Part shown: positions 36,832-47,297 of the stretch, in pieces
Layout: each line of letters starts with the position of its first letter
Numbering within the stretch: position 1 is the stretch's first letter
Assembly (NCBI GenBank): GCA_965365715.1
Contig: CBDUCT010000001.1
Span: forward strand, 1-49,702
DNA length: 49,702 nt
Origin: an uncultured Cyclobacteriaceae bacterium
GTDB lineage: Bacteria > Bacteroidota > Bacteroidia > Cytophagales > Cyclobacteriaceae
Reading direction: 5' to 3'
The notes under the pieces: generated by a model
The model's database searches: none
Seen by the model: the letters and a program-made list of their open reading frames with translations, nothing else
What the model was told of the DNA's origin: nothing
Program-made: the position numbers and the translations under genes

Positions 36832-38196
36832 ATGTCGACTATTGAACTGTTTTCCGTTACTTTAATTTCAGTATTATTACTTTTCCTTTTTGTACTTCGT
36901 TTTAAGATACATGCCTTTATTTCACTTTTATTGATAAGTATTTTGGTCGGTTTATCAACCGGTATGCATTTTGAGGATGTAATCAACAGTATACAGGAGG
37001 GGATGGGCGGCATATTGGGATTTATTGCTGTAGTCGTTGGATTAGGGGCCATCTTCGGAGAAATATTGCAGGATACTGGAGGTGTGGAGGCTTTGGCCAA
37101 ATCCATGCTTAAAAAATTTGGAGAAAATAAGTCATCCTGGGCATTGATGACATCCGGATTCCTTATCGCAATTCCAGTATTTTTTGAGGTAGGTTTCATA
37201 ATATTAGTTCCTATTGTTTTTGCACTATCAAGAAAAACAGGTAAATCCGTCTTGTTTTATGCCATACCCATGATGGCGGGACTGGCTGTAACGCATGCTT
37301 TTATACCACCTACCCCCGGGCCTATAGCTGTTGCTCAAATAATTGACGTTCCATTAGGGTGGATCATATTATTCGGATTTATAATTGGGTTTCCCACAGC
37401 AATTGTAGCGGGCCCAGTGTTTGGTAAATATATTTCTAAGAAAATAGTTTTGCATCCACCCGAGATCGATCCTGATCTGAAGGATATTACCGAAAAGAGT
37501 CATGAGGATTTACCTTCATTCAGATGGGTGATATTTTTGATCGGACTTCCTCTGGTACTTATATTGGCCAGAACCTTTGTAGATCTTTCCTATGATGAGG
37601 AGTGGATCGATCAATCCATGTTCTGGGATGCCCTTAAGTTTATAGGCCATCCATTTATTGCCTTACTCATTGCCACTCTTTTGGCTGGTTATATCATGGG
37701 TGTTAGACAAGGATATAGACCAGCACAAATTATGCGGATAGCCAATGCAGCACTAGCCCCGGCCGGATTAATTATACTGGTAACCGGAGCCGGCGGTGTC
37801 TTTAAGCAAATTCTTGTGGACAGCGGAGTTGGGGAGTCGCTGGCAGCATTATTGACAGAATATAATATTTCTCCGGTCATACTGGCTTACATTATTGCCA
37901 TCGTTGTTCGTGTAACTCAGGGATCTGCGACCGTTGCTATGATCACAGCAGCTGGAATGATAGCCCCCGTGGTTACATTAATGGGGCTTGGAGATATTGA
38001 GAAAGCACTGATCGTAGTCTCAATAGCGGCAGGATCAACCATGCTTTCACATGTTAATGACAGTGGATTCTGGTTAATTGGTAAATACCTTGGGATGGAT
38101 GAAAAACAAACCCTTCAATCCTGGACGGTAATGGAATCGTTAATCTCTGTTTTCTCATTTATCATTGTACTTATCCTGACAATAATATTTACCTGA
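36832..38196 (+). CDS. GntP-family (gluconate:H+ symporter-type) permease
   Basis: 454 aa, polytopic, with GntP-like segments (GLGAIFGEIL, VGFIILVPI, ITAAGM, HVNDSGFW). Confidence 0.8.
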   Translation: MSTIELFSVTLISVLLLFLFVLRFKIHAFISLLLISILVGLSTGMHFEDVINSIQEGMGGILGFIAVVVGLGAIFGEILQDTGGVEALAKSMLKKFGENKSSWALMTSGFLIAIPVFFEVGFIILVPIVFALSRKTGKSVLFYAIPMMAGLAVTHAFIPPTPGPIAVAQIIDVPLGWIILFGFIIGFPTAIVAGPVFGKYISKKIVLHPPEIDPDLKDITEKSHEDLPSFRWVIFLIGLPLVLILARTFVDLSYDEEWIDQSMFWDALKFIGHPFIALLIATLLAGYIMGVRQGYRPAQIMRIANAALAPAGLIILVTGAGGVFKQILVDSGVGESLAALLTEYNISPVILAYIIAIVVRVTQGSATVAMITAAGMIAPVVTLMGLGDIEKALIVVSIAAGSTMLSHVNDSGFWLIGKYLGMDEKQTLQSWTVMESLISVFSFIIVLILTIIFT

Positions 38197-38200
38197 TGGC

Positions 38201-38638
38201 TTATTGAGGAGGATAATGAAGTTCAAGAAATTTGACAACCTCATCCAGTGATTTCATTTTTAATATCCTGGCTTTTTGACTTGTTGTCTTTATATTATCA
38301 TAGAACTTATTAACCGAAATTGTAGTGACCAGGCTCTCCGGAAGGATTGTAATTATATTCTCAATCTTAGTTCTTATCATGAAAGTTTCGTTAAACTCAT
38401 TTTCAAGCCATTCATGGTGAGAATCCGGCAACAGGGAAATTGCTGCAAAAGTGTCTATAATGAGGCTTTTTACGTCTTTTTTTATACAAAACTCCTCTAG
38501 AAAATAATTTAAGGATTTGAAGTCATTAAATGAACAATTTACAATCCGCCATTCTTCCCGCACATACTGTAGTTTTTCATTCCACAACAAACTACAAAAA
38601 TCAGCCTTAAATATCTCCTCTTCCATTTTGTATCTCAA
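38201..38638 (-). CDS. Hypothetical cytoplasmic protein
   Basis: 145-aa ORF with no recognisable motif and no strong competing ORF. Convergent with gntP, with a 4-nt gap. Confidence 0.4.
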   Translation of the reverse strand: MRYKMEEEIFKADFCSLLWNEKLQYVREEWRIVNCSFNDFKSLNYFLEEFCIKKDVKSLIIDTFAAISLLPDSHHEWLENEFNETFMIRTKIENIITILPESLVTTISVNKFYDNIKTTSQKARILKMKSLDEVVKFLELHYPPQ

Positions 38639-38925
38639 TCAGAAAAGTAATAATAAGAAATATAATCTATATTGAAAAAATAAAGGCCAAAAGATCATGA
38701 TCTTTATTGCTATCTTAAGGAATACGCATTATTTCAAAACTAAAATGAACTGTGAGATTACAGAATATTAAAATTCATATCATAATTTATTTTATCTATA
38801 CTGTAAACAATCATCAGTTTGACATTATTTTTACAGAATATAGAATTTCGTCAGGATATATTCCTATAAACCCAAAAAGCTCATATTTGAATTATAGCTT
38901 ATTTACACAGTAAAAAATAAGACCT

Positions 38926-41646
38926 ATGAAATTGGTATTTAAAATCGAATATTATACGGAGTTTGGCCAGAACCTTTTTGTTTGCGGAAATTTATCTGAA
39001 CTCGGTGCCTGGGATAAGTCCAAAGCTCCCGGAATGACTTATGTTGGGGATGGTAAATGGGAATTGGAAATATACCTGGATGGTATTTCCAATGATTTAT
39101 TGGAATATAAATACTTTATCAGGGATGATAGAAAATCATCAATTATCGATGAATGGGGGCAAAACAGAAAGCTTAAAATTCAGGGTAAAAATTATTACTC
39201 CTATTTTTTCGATGATAGCTGGTTTTCGAATACCGATCCTCAAAATCCTTTATTTACTGCTGCGTTTTCTGGAAACCTGTGGCGAAGAAAAACAATAAAA
39301 TCCAAGAACAAGTCATCACATATAAACCATGCTTTTCAATTGCTTGCCCCCAGAATTGATAATGACCATGCATTCTGCATAATTGGCAATGATAAAACCC
39401 TGGGTAATTGGAATCCTGATAAGGCGGTTATAATGGATGGAAGCCAATACCCCTTATGGAAAGCTGAAGTATTTCTGGAAAACCATGATGGGTCAATTCA
39501 CTACAAATACGGTATATATAACCTGAAGAAAAAGAAGTTTGTTGGTTACGAGGATGGTCCTAATAGATCATTAAATAGCCGATTATCAGTAATTGACAAT
39601 GGTCTGACCGTCAAAACGGATATCAATTACAAATATCCTGAAGGATTATGGAAGGGTGCTGGCGTAGCTATTCCCGTTTTTTCATTGAGAACTGAAAAAA
39701 GTTTTGGAGTTGGAGAATTCATGGACCTTAAGGTTCTGGTGGATTGGGCTGTTAAGGCTGGAATGAAATTGGTCCAGATATTACCTGTAAATGATACAGT
39801 AGCAAATCATACATGGAAAGATTCATATCCATATGCTGCGATTTCCGTATTTGCTCTTCATCCGGTTTATCTGAACCTGTCGGCCATGGGAAAACTATCA
39901 GATAAAAAAATGATGGAATCCTTCCAGAAAAAAGGAAGAAAATTGAATAAACTGGACACCTTTGATTATGTGTCGGTAATGGATTTAAAATCCAAATACT
40001 TTAAACTATTATATGACCAGAATAAGGATAAATTTCAAAAGGATAAAAAATATAAAAAGTTTTTTAAGGAGAATAAGGATTGGCTAATTCCTTACGCGGC
40101 GTTTTCCTGCCTGAGGGATAGATATAGAACACCTGATTTTACAAAATGGCCGGCATATTCAACATACGATGAAGCGGAAATACAGAAATTAGTTAATCCG
40201 GCAAATAAAGATTTTGATGATTTTGCCGTTCATTACTTTATTCAATTTCATCTGCATATCCAACTCAGTGAAGTGGTTGAGTACGCGCGTTCCAAAGGGG
40301 TGATCTTAAAAGGTGACCTGCCTATCGGCATTTACAGGGATAGTGTTGATGCCTGGGTTGAACCAAAACTTTATCACATGAATAAACAGGCCGGTGCTCC
40401 CCCGGATGCTTATTCTATTACCGGGCAGAACTGGCGGTTTCCCACATACAACTGGGAAGAAATGGCTAAGGACAATTATGCCTGGTGGCGACGCCGTTTG
40501 AGCCAAATGGCTAAATATTTTGACGCATATCGTATAGATCACATCCTGGGATTTTTCAGGATCTGGGAAATACCATATGAATCTATTGAGGGGCTGATGG
40601 GAATATTTAATCCAGCAATTCCGATGTACAAAAATGAAATTGAAAGCAGGGGTATTCAATTCAACTTTGAACGATTTTGTAAGCCTTTGATAAAAAATTA
40701 TATGCTGGAAGATTTATTTGGAGAAGGTGCCGAAGAGGTAAAAAATGTTTTTCTTGAAGAGAATGATAATGGTAATTACAGATTAAAAGAGGAATTCAAT
40801 ACGCAGCGAAAAGTGGAAGATCATTTTATAGCCAATCCATTGGAAAACAAGGAACAGGAAAATTTATTGAAAAACGGTTTATTTACATTAATCGGAAATG
40901 TGCTGTTCTTTGAAGAACCAGGATCCGATGGAAATGCATTCCATCCAAAAATTGCCTTTCACGGCACGTATTCATACAAGGAACTTGATGATCACACAAA
41001 AGGTGTATTAAATGATATTTATACACATTATTATTACCACAGGCAGGAGAATTTCTGGCGGGAACAAGCCATGGTCAAGCTTCCGGCCATCAATAAAGCA
41101 TCAGATATGCTGATATGCGGTGAAGACCTGGGTATGGTTCCGGATTGTGTACCCGGTGTGATGCATGAACTTGGCATTCTTAGACTGTATATTCAACGTA
41201 TGCCAAAAGAAACTGATAGTGAATTCGGACACCCTGCCCATGCACCCTATCTTTCAGTCGCCAGCCCTTCCTGTCATGACATGTCTACGGTGAGAGGCTG
41301 GTGGGAGGAAGATCATGATCGTTCACAAAGATTTTATATTCAGATCATGGGACACGGTGGTGAAGCTCCTGTTGTATGTGATACCTGGATCTCTGAGGAA
41401 GTATTGCAGCAACATTTGCATTCATCTTCCATGTGGACAATTTTTCCGATCCAGGACCTGGTCGGAATAGATGAAAAATTAATGAGAGAAAACCCGGAAG
41501 ATGAAAGGATTAATGATCCGAGTAATCCGGATAATTTATGGCAATACCGCTTTCATTTAAACCTGGGTGACCTGGTAAAAGAAAAAGAGTTCAATAAAAA
41601 GTTACGTTCCATGGTTCAGAATGCAGGTCGTTTTACTAAATTTTAA
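38926..41646 (+). CDS. malQ: 4-alpha-glucanotransferase (GH77 amylomaltase) with two N-terminal CBM20-like starch-binding modules
   Basis: The CBM20-like pattern occurs twice (GQNLFVCGNLSELGAWD...W; CIIGNDKTLGNWN...W). GH77 motifs are GVAIPVFSLR, DLPIGI, YRIDHILGFFR and CGEDLGMVP. Confidence 0.9.
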   Translation: MKLVFKIEYYTEFGQNLFVCGNLSELGAWDKSKAPGMTYVGDGKWELEIYLDGISNDLLEYKYFIRDDRKSSIIDEWGQNRKLKIQGKNYYSYFFDDSWFSNTDPQNPLFTAAFSGNLWRRKTIKSKNKSSHINHAFQLLAPRIDNDHAFCIIGNDKTLGNWNPDKAVIMDGSQYPLWKAEVFLENHDGSIHYKYGIYNLKKKKFVGYEDGPNRSLNSRLSVIDNGLTVKTDINYKYPEGLWKGAGVAIPVFSLRTEKSFGVGEFMDLKVLVDWAVKAGMKLVQILPVNDTVANHTWKDSYPYAAISVFALHPVYLNLSAMGKLSDKKMMESFQKKGRKLNKLDTFDYVSVMDLKSKYFKLLYDQNKDKFQKDKKYKKFFKENKDWLIPYAAFSCLRDRYRTPDFTKWPAYSTYDEAEIQKLVNPANKDFDDFAVHYFIQFHLHIQLSEVVEYARSKGVILKGDLPIGIYRDSVDAWVEPKLYHMNKQAGAPPDAYSITGQNWRFPTYNWEEMAKDNYAWWRRRLSQMAKYFDAYRIDHILGFFRIWEIPYESIEGLMGIFNPAIPMYKNEIESRGIQFNFERFCKPLIKNYMLEDLFGEGAEEVKNVFLEENDNGNYRLKEEFNTQRKVEDHFIANPLENKEQENLLKNGLFTLIGNVLFFEEPGSDGNAFHPKIAFHGTYSYKELDDHTKGVLNDIYTHYYYHRQENFWREQAMVKLPAINKASDMLICGEDLGMVPDCVPGVMHELGILRLYIQRMPKETDSEFGHPAHAPYLSVASPSCHDMSTVRGWWEEDHDRSQRFYIQIMGHGGEAPVVCDTWISEEVLQQHLHSSSMWTIFPIQDLVGIDEKLMRENPEDERINDPSNPDNLWQYRFHLNLGDLVKEKEFNKKLRSMVQNAGRFTKF

Positions 41647-41803
41647 GATTATAGATTTAACCTGGCTACAGAGTTAGTGCCCCTGAAAAAGCAATGTACG
41701 GTTCTTTGGTATCAGTATCTACAAACCTTACCAAAATTCAGAAATAACATTGACCCCGGAAATTAATTTCCGCCTTTTGAATTGAATTTGACTGAGAATG
41801 GAA

Positions 41804-42556
41804 TTATCTTCTTCCTTCCGGGATCCTTGATTTTGGAAGGATCACCTCATGCGGGGCTATTATGGCTCCTTCTCCGATCTCAACATCTCCGAAAACCGTA
41901 GCTTTCAGGCCTATGGTAGCCTTATTTCCAATCTTTACCTTGTCAACCACGAGATATCCCTGGGAAGCATAATGAGCGATCAGAGTAGCAGATCCGCCAA
42001 TAGTTACTTTATCACCAATTTCTATCATGCATGGATCTGAAATATTGGTGGTATTTATATGTGATCCTTTCCCTATTTTCATTCCCATCATTTTATAGAA
42101 CAGGGTATTTAATGGTGTCGGTGTCACAAATTCCAGGAAAGTATACCTGACAAGATAAGTCAAAGCATTGTGAAAATACCAGGGAACAGTTGCTAATGAG
42201 TAATAGTTTCCGCGAAAAGGCTTTAACCGGAAGGGTAATAAAAAATTAAAAAGTGGGGCAACAAATATTAGTGTGATACCATAAAAGAAATACCCGAAGG
42301 CAACACCACATCCTAAAGCAATATAATGCAAGACCGGAGACCATGATCCGGATATTTCTGACATAAAGTTAAAGAACAGAATCCCCGGAGCAATAGAGAC
42401 TGCCATGGCAAAAGTAGAAACCAGGTATAGTGGGAATAGTGCAATTACAAAACTCGCCACTCTGAACTTCCTGATCAAAAATTCAAGCAGGCCCCCTATT
42501 CCTTTCCGGTCAGTGGTCGCAGCATCAAGATCTTCCCTTACCTTTTTCTCGGTCAT
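41804..42556 (-). CDS. Stand-alone membrane protein with a C-terminal left-handed beta-helix (hexapeptide) domain, resembling one TM-LbH module of Pls/NRPS terminal domains
   Basis: About 4 TM helices are followed by FYKMMGMKIGKGSHINTTNISDPCMIEIGDKVTIGGSATL...VKIGNKATIGLKATVFGDVEIGEGAIIAPHEVI. Confidence 0.5.
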   Translation of the reverse strand: MTEKKVREDLDAATTDRKGIGGLLEFLIRKFRVASFVIALFPLYLVSTFAMAVSIAPGILFFNFMSEISGSWSPVLHYIALGCGVAFGYFFYGITLIFVAPLFNFLLPFRLKPFRGNYYSLATVPWYFHNALTYLVRYTFLEFVTPTPLNTLFYKMMGMKIGKGSHINTTNISDPCMIEIGDKVTIGGSATLIAHYASQGYLVVDKVKIGNKATIGLKATVFGDVEIGEGAIIAPHEVILPKSRIPEGRR

Positions 42557-42711
42557 ATATAAATACGGATTTTGTAAATTATTTTTTTAAGAATTGGTCT
42601 ATATTATCTCTTAGCTATTCAAATCAGAAAAAATGAATGCTCAATTTAAACATAATCAGGTTTAAATACAATCATAATAATTTCATCATCCTGCAAAATC
42701 CTTTTCAAGTG

Positions 42712-43245
42712 TCAGAATAAATCCAGTTGATTTGTGGGCAATGCCTTTTCAAGTTTTAACAATTTCTTTTTAACCTCCTGTCCGCCTGCATATCCAATCA
42801 TACTGCCATCCCGTCCAATAATCCGATGACAGGGAACAATTATCGCCAAAGCGTTTGCACCATTAGCTGAGGCCACAGCCCTAATTGCCTTTTTATCCCC
42901 CAGAACAGCTGATAGTTTCAAGTAGGAAAGGGTTTTTCCGTAGGGGATCTGTAATAAAGTATTCCAGACTTTTTTTTGAAAATCAGTTCCGATTAGAAGC
43001 AATGGCAGCTCAAACTCAGTACGCTTTCCGTCAAAATACTGACCCAGTTGCATTTTAGCTTCCTGTATTAAAGATGATTTTTCTTCAACAAATTGACTTT
43101 TCAGATGCTTCTTAATCCTCGCATCAATCGAATCCCTCGTTTTCCGATATCGCCAGTCACATAAACAAAGCCTGCTATCATGCTCACCCAGAATTAGTTC
43201 ACCAAAGGGTGTTCTAAAATATTCTATCTTTATTTCATTTTGCAT
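42712..43245 (-). CDS. ogt: Methylated-DNA--protein-cysteine methyltransferase
   Basis: Active-site motif IIVPCHRIIG and upstream TYLKLSAVLG-type helix-turn-helix region. Confidence 0.9.
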   Translation of the reverse strand: MQNEIKIEYFRTPFGELILGEHDSRLCLCDWRYRKTRDSIDARIKKHLKSQFVEEKSSLIQEAKMQLGQYFDGKRTEFELPLLLIGTDFQKKVWNTLLQIPYGKTLSYLKLSAVLGDKKAIRAVASANGANALAIIVPCHRIIGRDGSMIGYAGGQEVKKKLLKLEKALPTNQLDLF

Positions 43246-43332
43246 TGATCTATTATTTGATTTCAGGCAGTTTCATCGGAATGTTTACATTACATATTGA
43301 TCATAGTTTTTATCCTGATTTAACATTTCCTG

Positions 43333-44280
43333 TTAATTCGCCAGGTAATTCTTCATTGTATCAAAGAATTCTTCTTTCATCTTTTTATGATCAATTGCTT
43401 TATAATAATTGATATCCCTGTTCCCATAATCTTTTGAGGTATGGATTATTACCTCTTCTGCCCAATCAGGGTGAATAATCGCTTCAATAAGTGCCAGATC
43501 CCAGATGACCCTATTTTTACGTGATCCATCCAGGTGTTGATACCAGCGATCGCATAAAAAATCTCCAAGAGGATGAAAACCTCTTAAATTATCTTCTGCT
43601 TCCTCAAAAGTTATTTCCATATTCCTTGAAGTATTATTTGGTATAATATGCATCTCAACTTCCGAATTAAAAAGAATATTGACTGCCTGGATATCCATGA
43701 TGCTGTTGAAATCAACGATGGTTAATACCTCCTTATCAAAATCATAGCCTGTCCCAAGCCAGTATAATTTGATTTTAGATTCAATACTGGGGTCAATATA
43801 GATTGCCGAAGCAACATTAGTCAATGCTCCCAGAGCGATAACAGTTAGTTTCTGTCCAGTATTCATATTCTTAGCCTGTTTGATGATCTCATATGCCGCA
43901 GCCGAATGCTGGGCTTTATCTCCCCAATCAAACATTCGGGCAACACCACCTCTTCTGGTTTTTGTTGACAGATCCAGATGTCCTAATAACACCTGGTTAA
44001 GCCGGTGGCTGTTCTCCATTGATTCAGGGATTGCCCAATGGCTGGTTTGCCATTGAGTGGCATTTAAGGCAAGAATATTCCAGGAAGGTTCTATCAATGC
44101 CCTGGAAATTGCATATAAGTCGTCAACTTCATTACCAGTATCAGCATCGAGTATAACAGGTATTTTATTCTGGCTGTAGCTATTGAATTGACTAAAAATC
44201 AGCAAAAATAAAAACAGTCCTTTTGATAAATTAATAAGACAGAATTTCCGGATGAAATTATTATTTGCAAGATGGTACAT
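43333..44280 (-). CDS. Secreted inosine-uridine-preferring nucleoside hydrolase (IUNH)-like protein
   Basis: Signal peptide. PVILDADTGNEVDDLYAI is an expanded version of the DxDxxxDD Ca-binding motif. The start lies 2 nt after the GH2 stop. Confidence 0.65.
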   Translation of the reverse strand: MYHLANNNFIRKFCLINLSKGLFLFLLIFSQFNSYSQNKIPVILDADTGNEVDDLYAISRALIEPSWNILALNATQWQTSHWAIPESMENSHRLNQVLLGHLDLSTKTRRGGVARMFDWGDKAQHSAAAYEIIKQAKNMNTGQKLTVIALGALTNVASAIYIDPSIESKIKLYWLGTGYDFDKEVLTIVDFNSIMDIQAVNILFNSEVEMHIIPNNTSRNMEITFEEAEDNLRGFHPLGDFLCDRWYQHLDGSRKNRVIWDLALIEAIIHPDWAEEVIIHTSKDYGNRDINYYKAIDHKKMKEEFFDTMKNYLAN

Positions 44281-44282
44281 AA

Positions 44283-47255
44283 TTAATATATTCTAAGCTT
44301 TACATCATTTTTGTATTCTTTCTTCAATTTGATATTTCTCTGGTAGTTCCCCCAGCTCAGGTCAACATAATCCATTTTGTTGTTAATATATAGAACAAGT
44401 CTTTCTTTTTCCCTGGCTAAACGGCAGCTATGCTGTCCATTGCTTTGCACTGTCAGAATCCGCCTATTTTCCATATGAAGATCATAATCATATATATTCT
44501 CCTTGGTGGCTTTAGCAATATACGTTAGTCTTTTTCCGTATAATTCATCTTCAATCCCTTCATAATAGAAACTCTTAGAATCCAGATTCCAGTCTTTTTC
44601 TGGTTTCACCCTATAGTACTTAAGATTAGTATTATAAAGCCTGGTTCCTCCCTGCCTGGCAGATAGATGATCGGAAGGATAATATGACCAATAAGGATCC
44701 CTTGTCCACGAAATTGAATCAGTAACATGATCCAGTTCAAAGTAGATCCCAAGTTCTCGAATGAATTCATCCGGAATTTTTTTAATCTGATACTGTATAT
44801 CGACAATACCCTCTGAATTAATCTTCACATTGAAATCCAGCTCGGGCAGTTTACCCGTTTTTCCTCTTATTTTTAACTCCACAAAATCTGAATGGGCTTT
44901 ATGGGATAGCTTCTTTAAGGACCAGTCTTCCCCATAATCTTTTATTTCATGGTAAGAATACATGACAGCTTTTCCTTTTGTCCTAAGATTGATATAAGGA
45001 CCTGAAATAGATAGTGTGTCAATTGGCTTTATGATCTTTTTAAATAAGCCTGTATTTTTATCGATAAGGATTTTAGTATGGGTATCGCATATCACAATTA
45101 ACTGATCAATTGTTTCTTCAACCTCTATATTCCCAGCCAAAAGATCTGACTCAACTTTTTGATTCGTACTTTCACGGTACAACTCATATTTATCAATCAG
45201 TGTTCCCTCATGTCCCCAAAATTCGAGAATAACCGGCGCTCCCGGCTCCCAGCTATCCATTTGAAATTCAATCAATCCTTTTGTATGTGGATCAATGGAC
45301 GGGAGAGCAATTAACTTTTCTTCTTCCTTGTAATAGAGCTTAATCACCAATTCTTGAATATTGGTGTGGTCGAAGCGATTATATAAAGGAATGCTGACCA
45401 TCTCACCCTCTACATAATCGTCCACTTCAGTTTTTAACAGTCTTACAGGCGAATATGCCTTTTTAACATTCCAAAATTCTGGTTTTTTCCTCCTCCAGGT
45501 GTCTATTATCCCCCATTCACCATAACCGATGGTATTTCCGGTATAGGCAGCAGGGATAACATTCTTGTCTATCTTACCCCACCATTCATTATAACCCGGC
45601 AGTGAATCAGGCAGCATAAAAGTTTCATCGATCATACCCCAGATTGCCCCTCCCAGTGCACCATCAGCCTCAAAGGTTTTCTTCCACATCATATCTAGGC
45701 TTCTGCCCCAGAAATCACGGATATTGGGATCCTCGATGACTGTAAAATTATTATAACAAGCCACATGGGCCCATTCATCAAATATTACAGGCATTTCACT
45801 AAAACCAAATCCGGTAGTTTTTATTCCATATTGATTCAAATTACCGGATGTATCGGGATAATGCATACTTAGAATTTCATAGGAATTAACATCTTCAGGG
45901 ACTTTCCCCGGGTAGCTGAATATTACAGGACGGGTTTCATCGTTTTCTTTGACCCAGTCAAAGGATTTTTTGAAATTGGATCCAAATTCATTTTCATTTC
46001 CAATAGACCACATTATAACAGAGGGGTGATTCTTATGATTGTTTACCATCTCCGCCAATTGAGACAGGTACTGATCCGTATACTCTGGATCATTTTCCGA
46101 ATCTCCGGGTCTGTATTCTTCAATACGATGTGAACCTACAAAGCACACCGCTGTTTCATCTTCCACATACAATCCATATTTATCGCAGAGGTCTAAAAAA
46201 TTTTCAGAAGGTGGATAATGTGAAGTCCGGATGAAGTTCATATTAGCTTCCTTTGCCAGCAATACATCTTTCAAGTCATATTCAGGTGTTGAAAGCCTTC
46301 CCAGTAAAGGGTGGATATCATGGCGGCAGGCTCCCCTGAGTTTTACTTCCTTACCATTAACCAGAAACTTATTTCTTCTGATCTCGATCTCACGAAAACC
46401 TGTCAGATATTCCTTCTGCCAAAGTATGTCCTCTTTTCTCGATAAAGAAATTTTTAGACTATACAGGTTAGGGTGTTCCGCATCCCATTTTGCCGGATTT
46501 ATAATTGTATTGCTTAACTCAAAAGTACCAGTCTCGTTAAATTGAATGATGTTTTGATCAAAAGGTATTTCCACACTGTTTTACGGATCATTAAGTGTAA
46601 TTGCAATCTGAATATCCTGAGTAGGGTTCTTTATATTCCCGCTAACTTTCAGTATTGCATTTTCATAGTTTTCGTCTAAGTCAGTTGTTATGGTAATATT
46701 TTCCGGGTAGGACCGGGGTAAGGCCAGCAGACTTACATTTCTGAGTATGCCTCCTATTTGATGTTTGGCGTATCCACTGGCATAAGATATTTCATCTGCC
46801 CTGTCAGTAACCTCGAGAATTAATTTAACAGAATCACCCGGACTTATAGCATCAGTAATATCGCAATCCCAGGCTGTAAAACCACCATGATGTTCACGGA
46901 TATATGTTCCATTTATCCATAAGCGCGCGTAGCTGTATACTCCCTCGAATCGAAGTTTGATTAAATGCCCATGAAAATCTGAAGGAAGGATAAAAGACTT
47001 TTTATAGAAAAAGGGAATATCATGTTTTATAGCGTACCCCTGCATCATGACTTCTCCGGGAACCTGAATATTGTTCCAGCTTATTTTGTCCTCAAGGATT
47101 TCCTGGAAATTCTCCGGTGGATCGAGGCAGATCTGCCAGGTACCATTTAGGTTAATTACGGGGTTTGAAACATTTTTAACATATAGTCCTGGTGTTTGAG
47201 CTATAGTAATCCTGAAAAACAAAAAGACAGCAAAAAATATATAATAATTCCTCAT
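44283..47255 (-). pseudogene. GH2 beta-galactosidase-like glycoside hydrolase interrupted by one in-frame TAA (minus-strand codon at 46581-46583)
   Basis: ORFs 46581-47255 (signal peptide plus sugar-binding domain) and 44283-46574 (Ig-like domain, TIM barrel with WSIGNE, and C-terminal domains) are in the same frame. Read through, the sequence is ...ITLNDP*NSVEIPFDQ..., about 990 codons in total. Confidence 0.75.
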
Positions 47256-47297
47256 GACGCATAAATTAAAAAGAACAGATATCCGGATATATAAAAA

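Noticed and set aside
36816-37199. 127-aa minus-strand ORF overlapping the 5' part of the GntP permease gene
   Set aside because: It is antisense to a confidently assigned polytopic permease. Its translation is low-complexity (Pro/Ser/Thr/Ile-rich) with no motif, which is typical of a shadow ORF.
41757-41772. 16-nt palindrome cggaaattaatttccg between the convergent malQ and TM-LbH genes, considered as a terminator
   Set aside because: The stem is AT-rich with no loop and only a short ccttttg tail. It is plausible but too weak to call as a feature.
46581-46583. The in-frame TAA in the GH2 gene as evidence for stop-codon reassignment
   Set aside because: TAA terminates other well-conserved genes here at their expected ends (for example mutS at 31966-31968 and the RNR at 1562-1564). 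The genome therefore uses the standard code. A nonsense mutation or base-call error is the simpler explanation.
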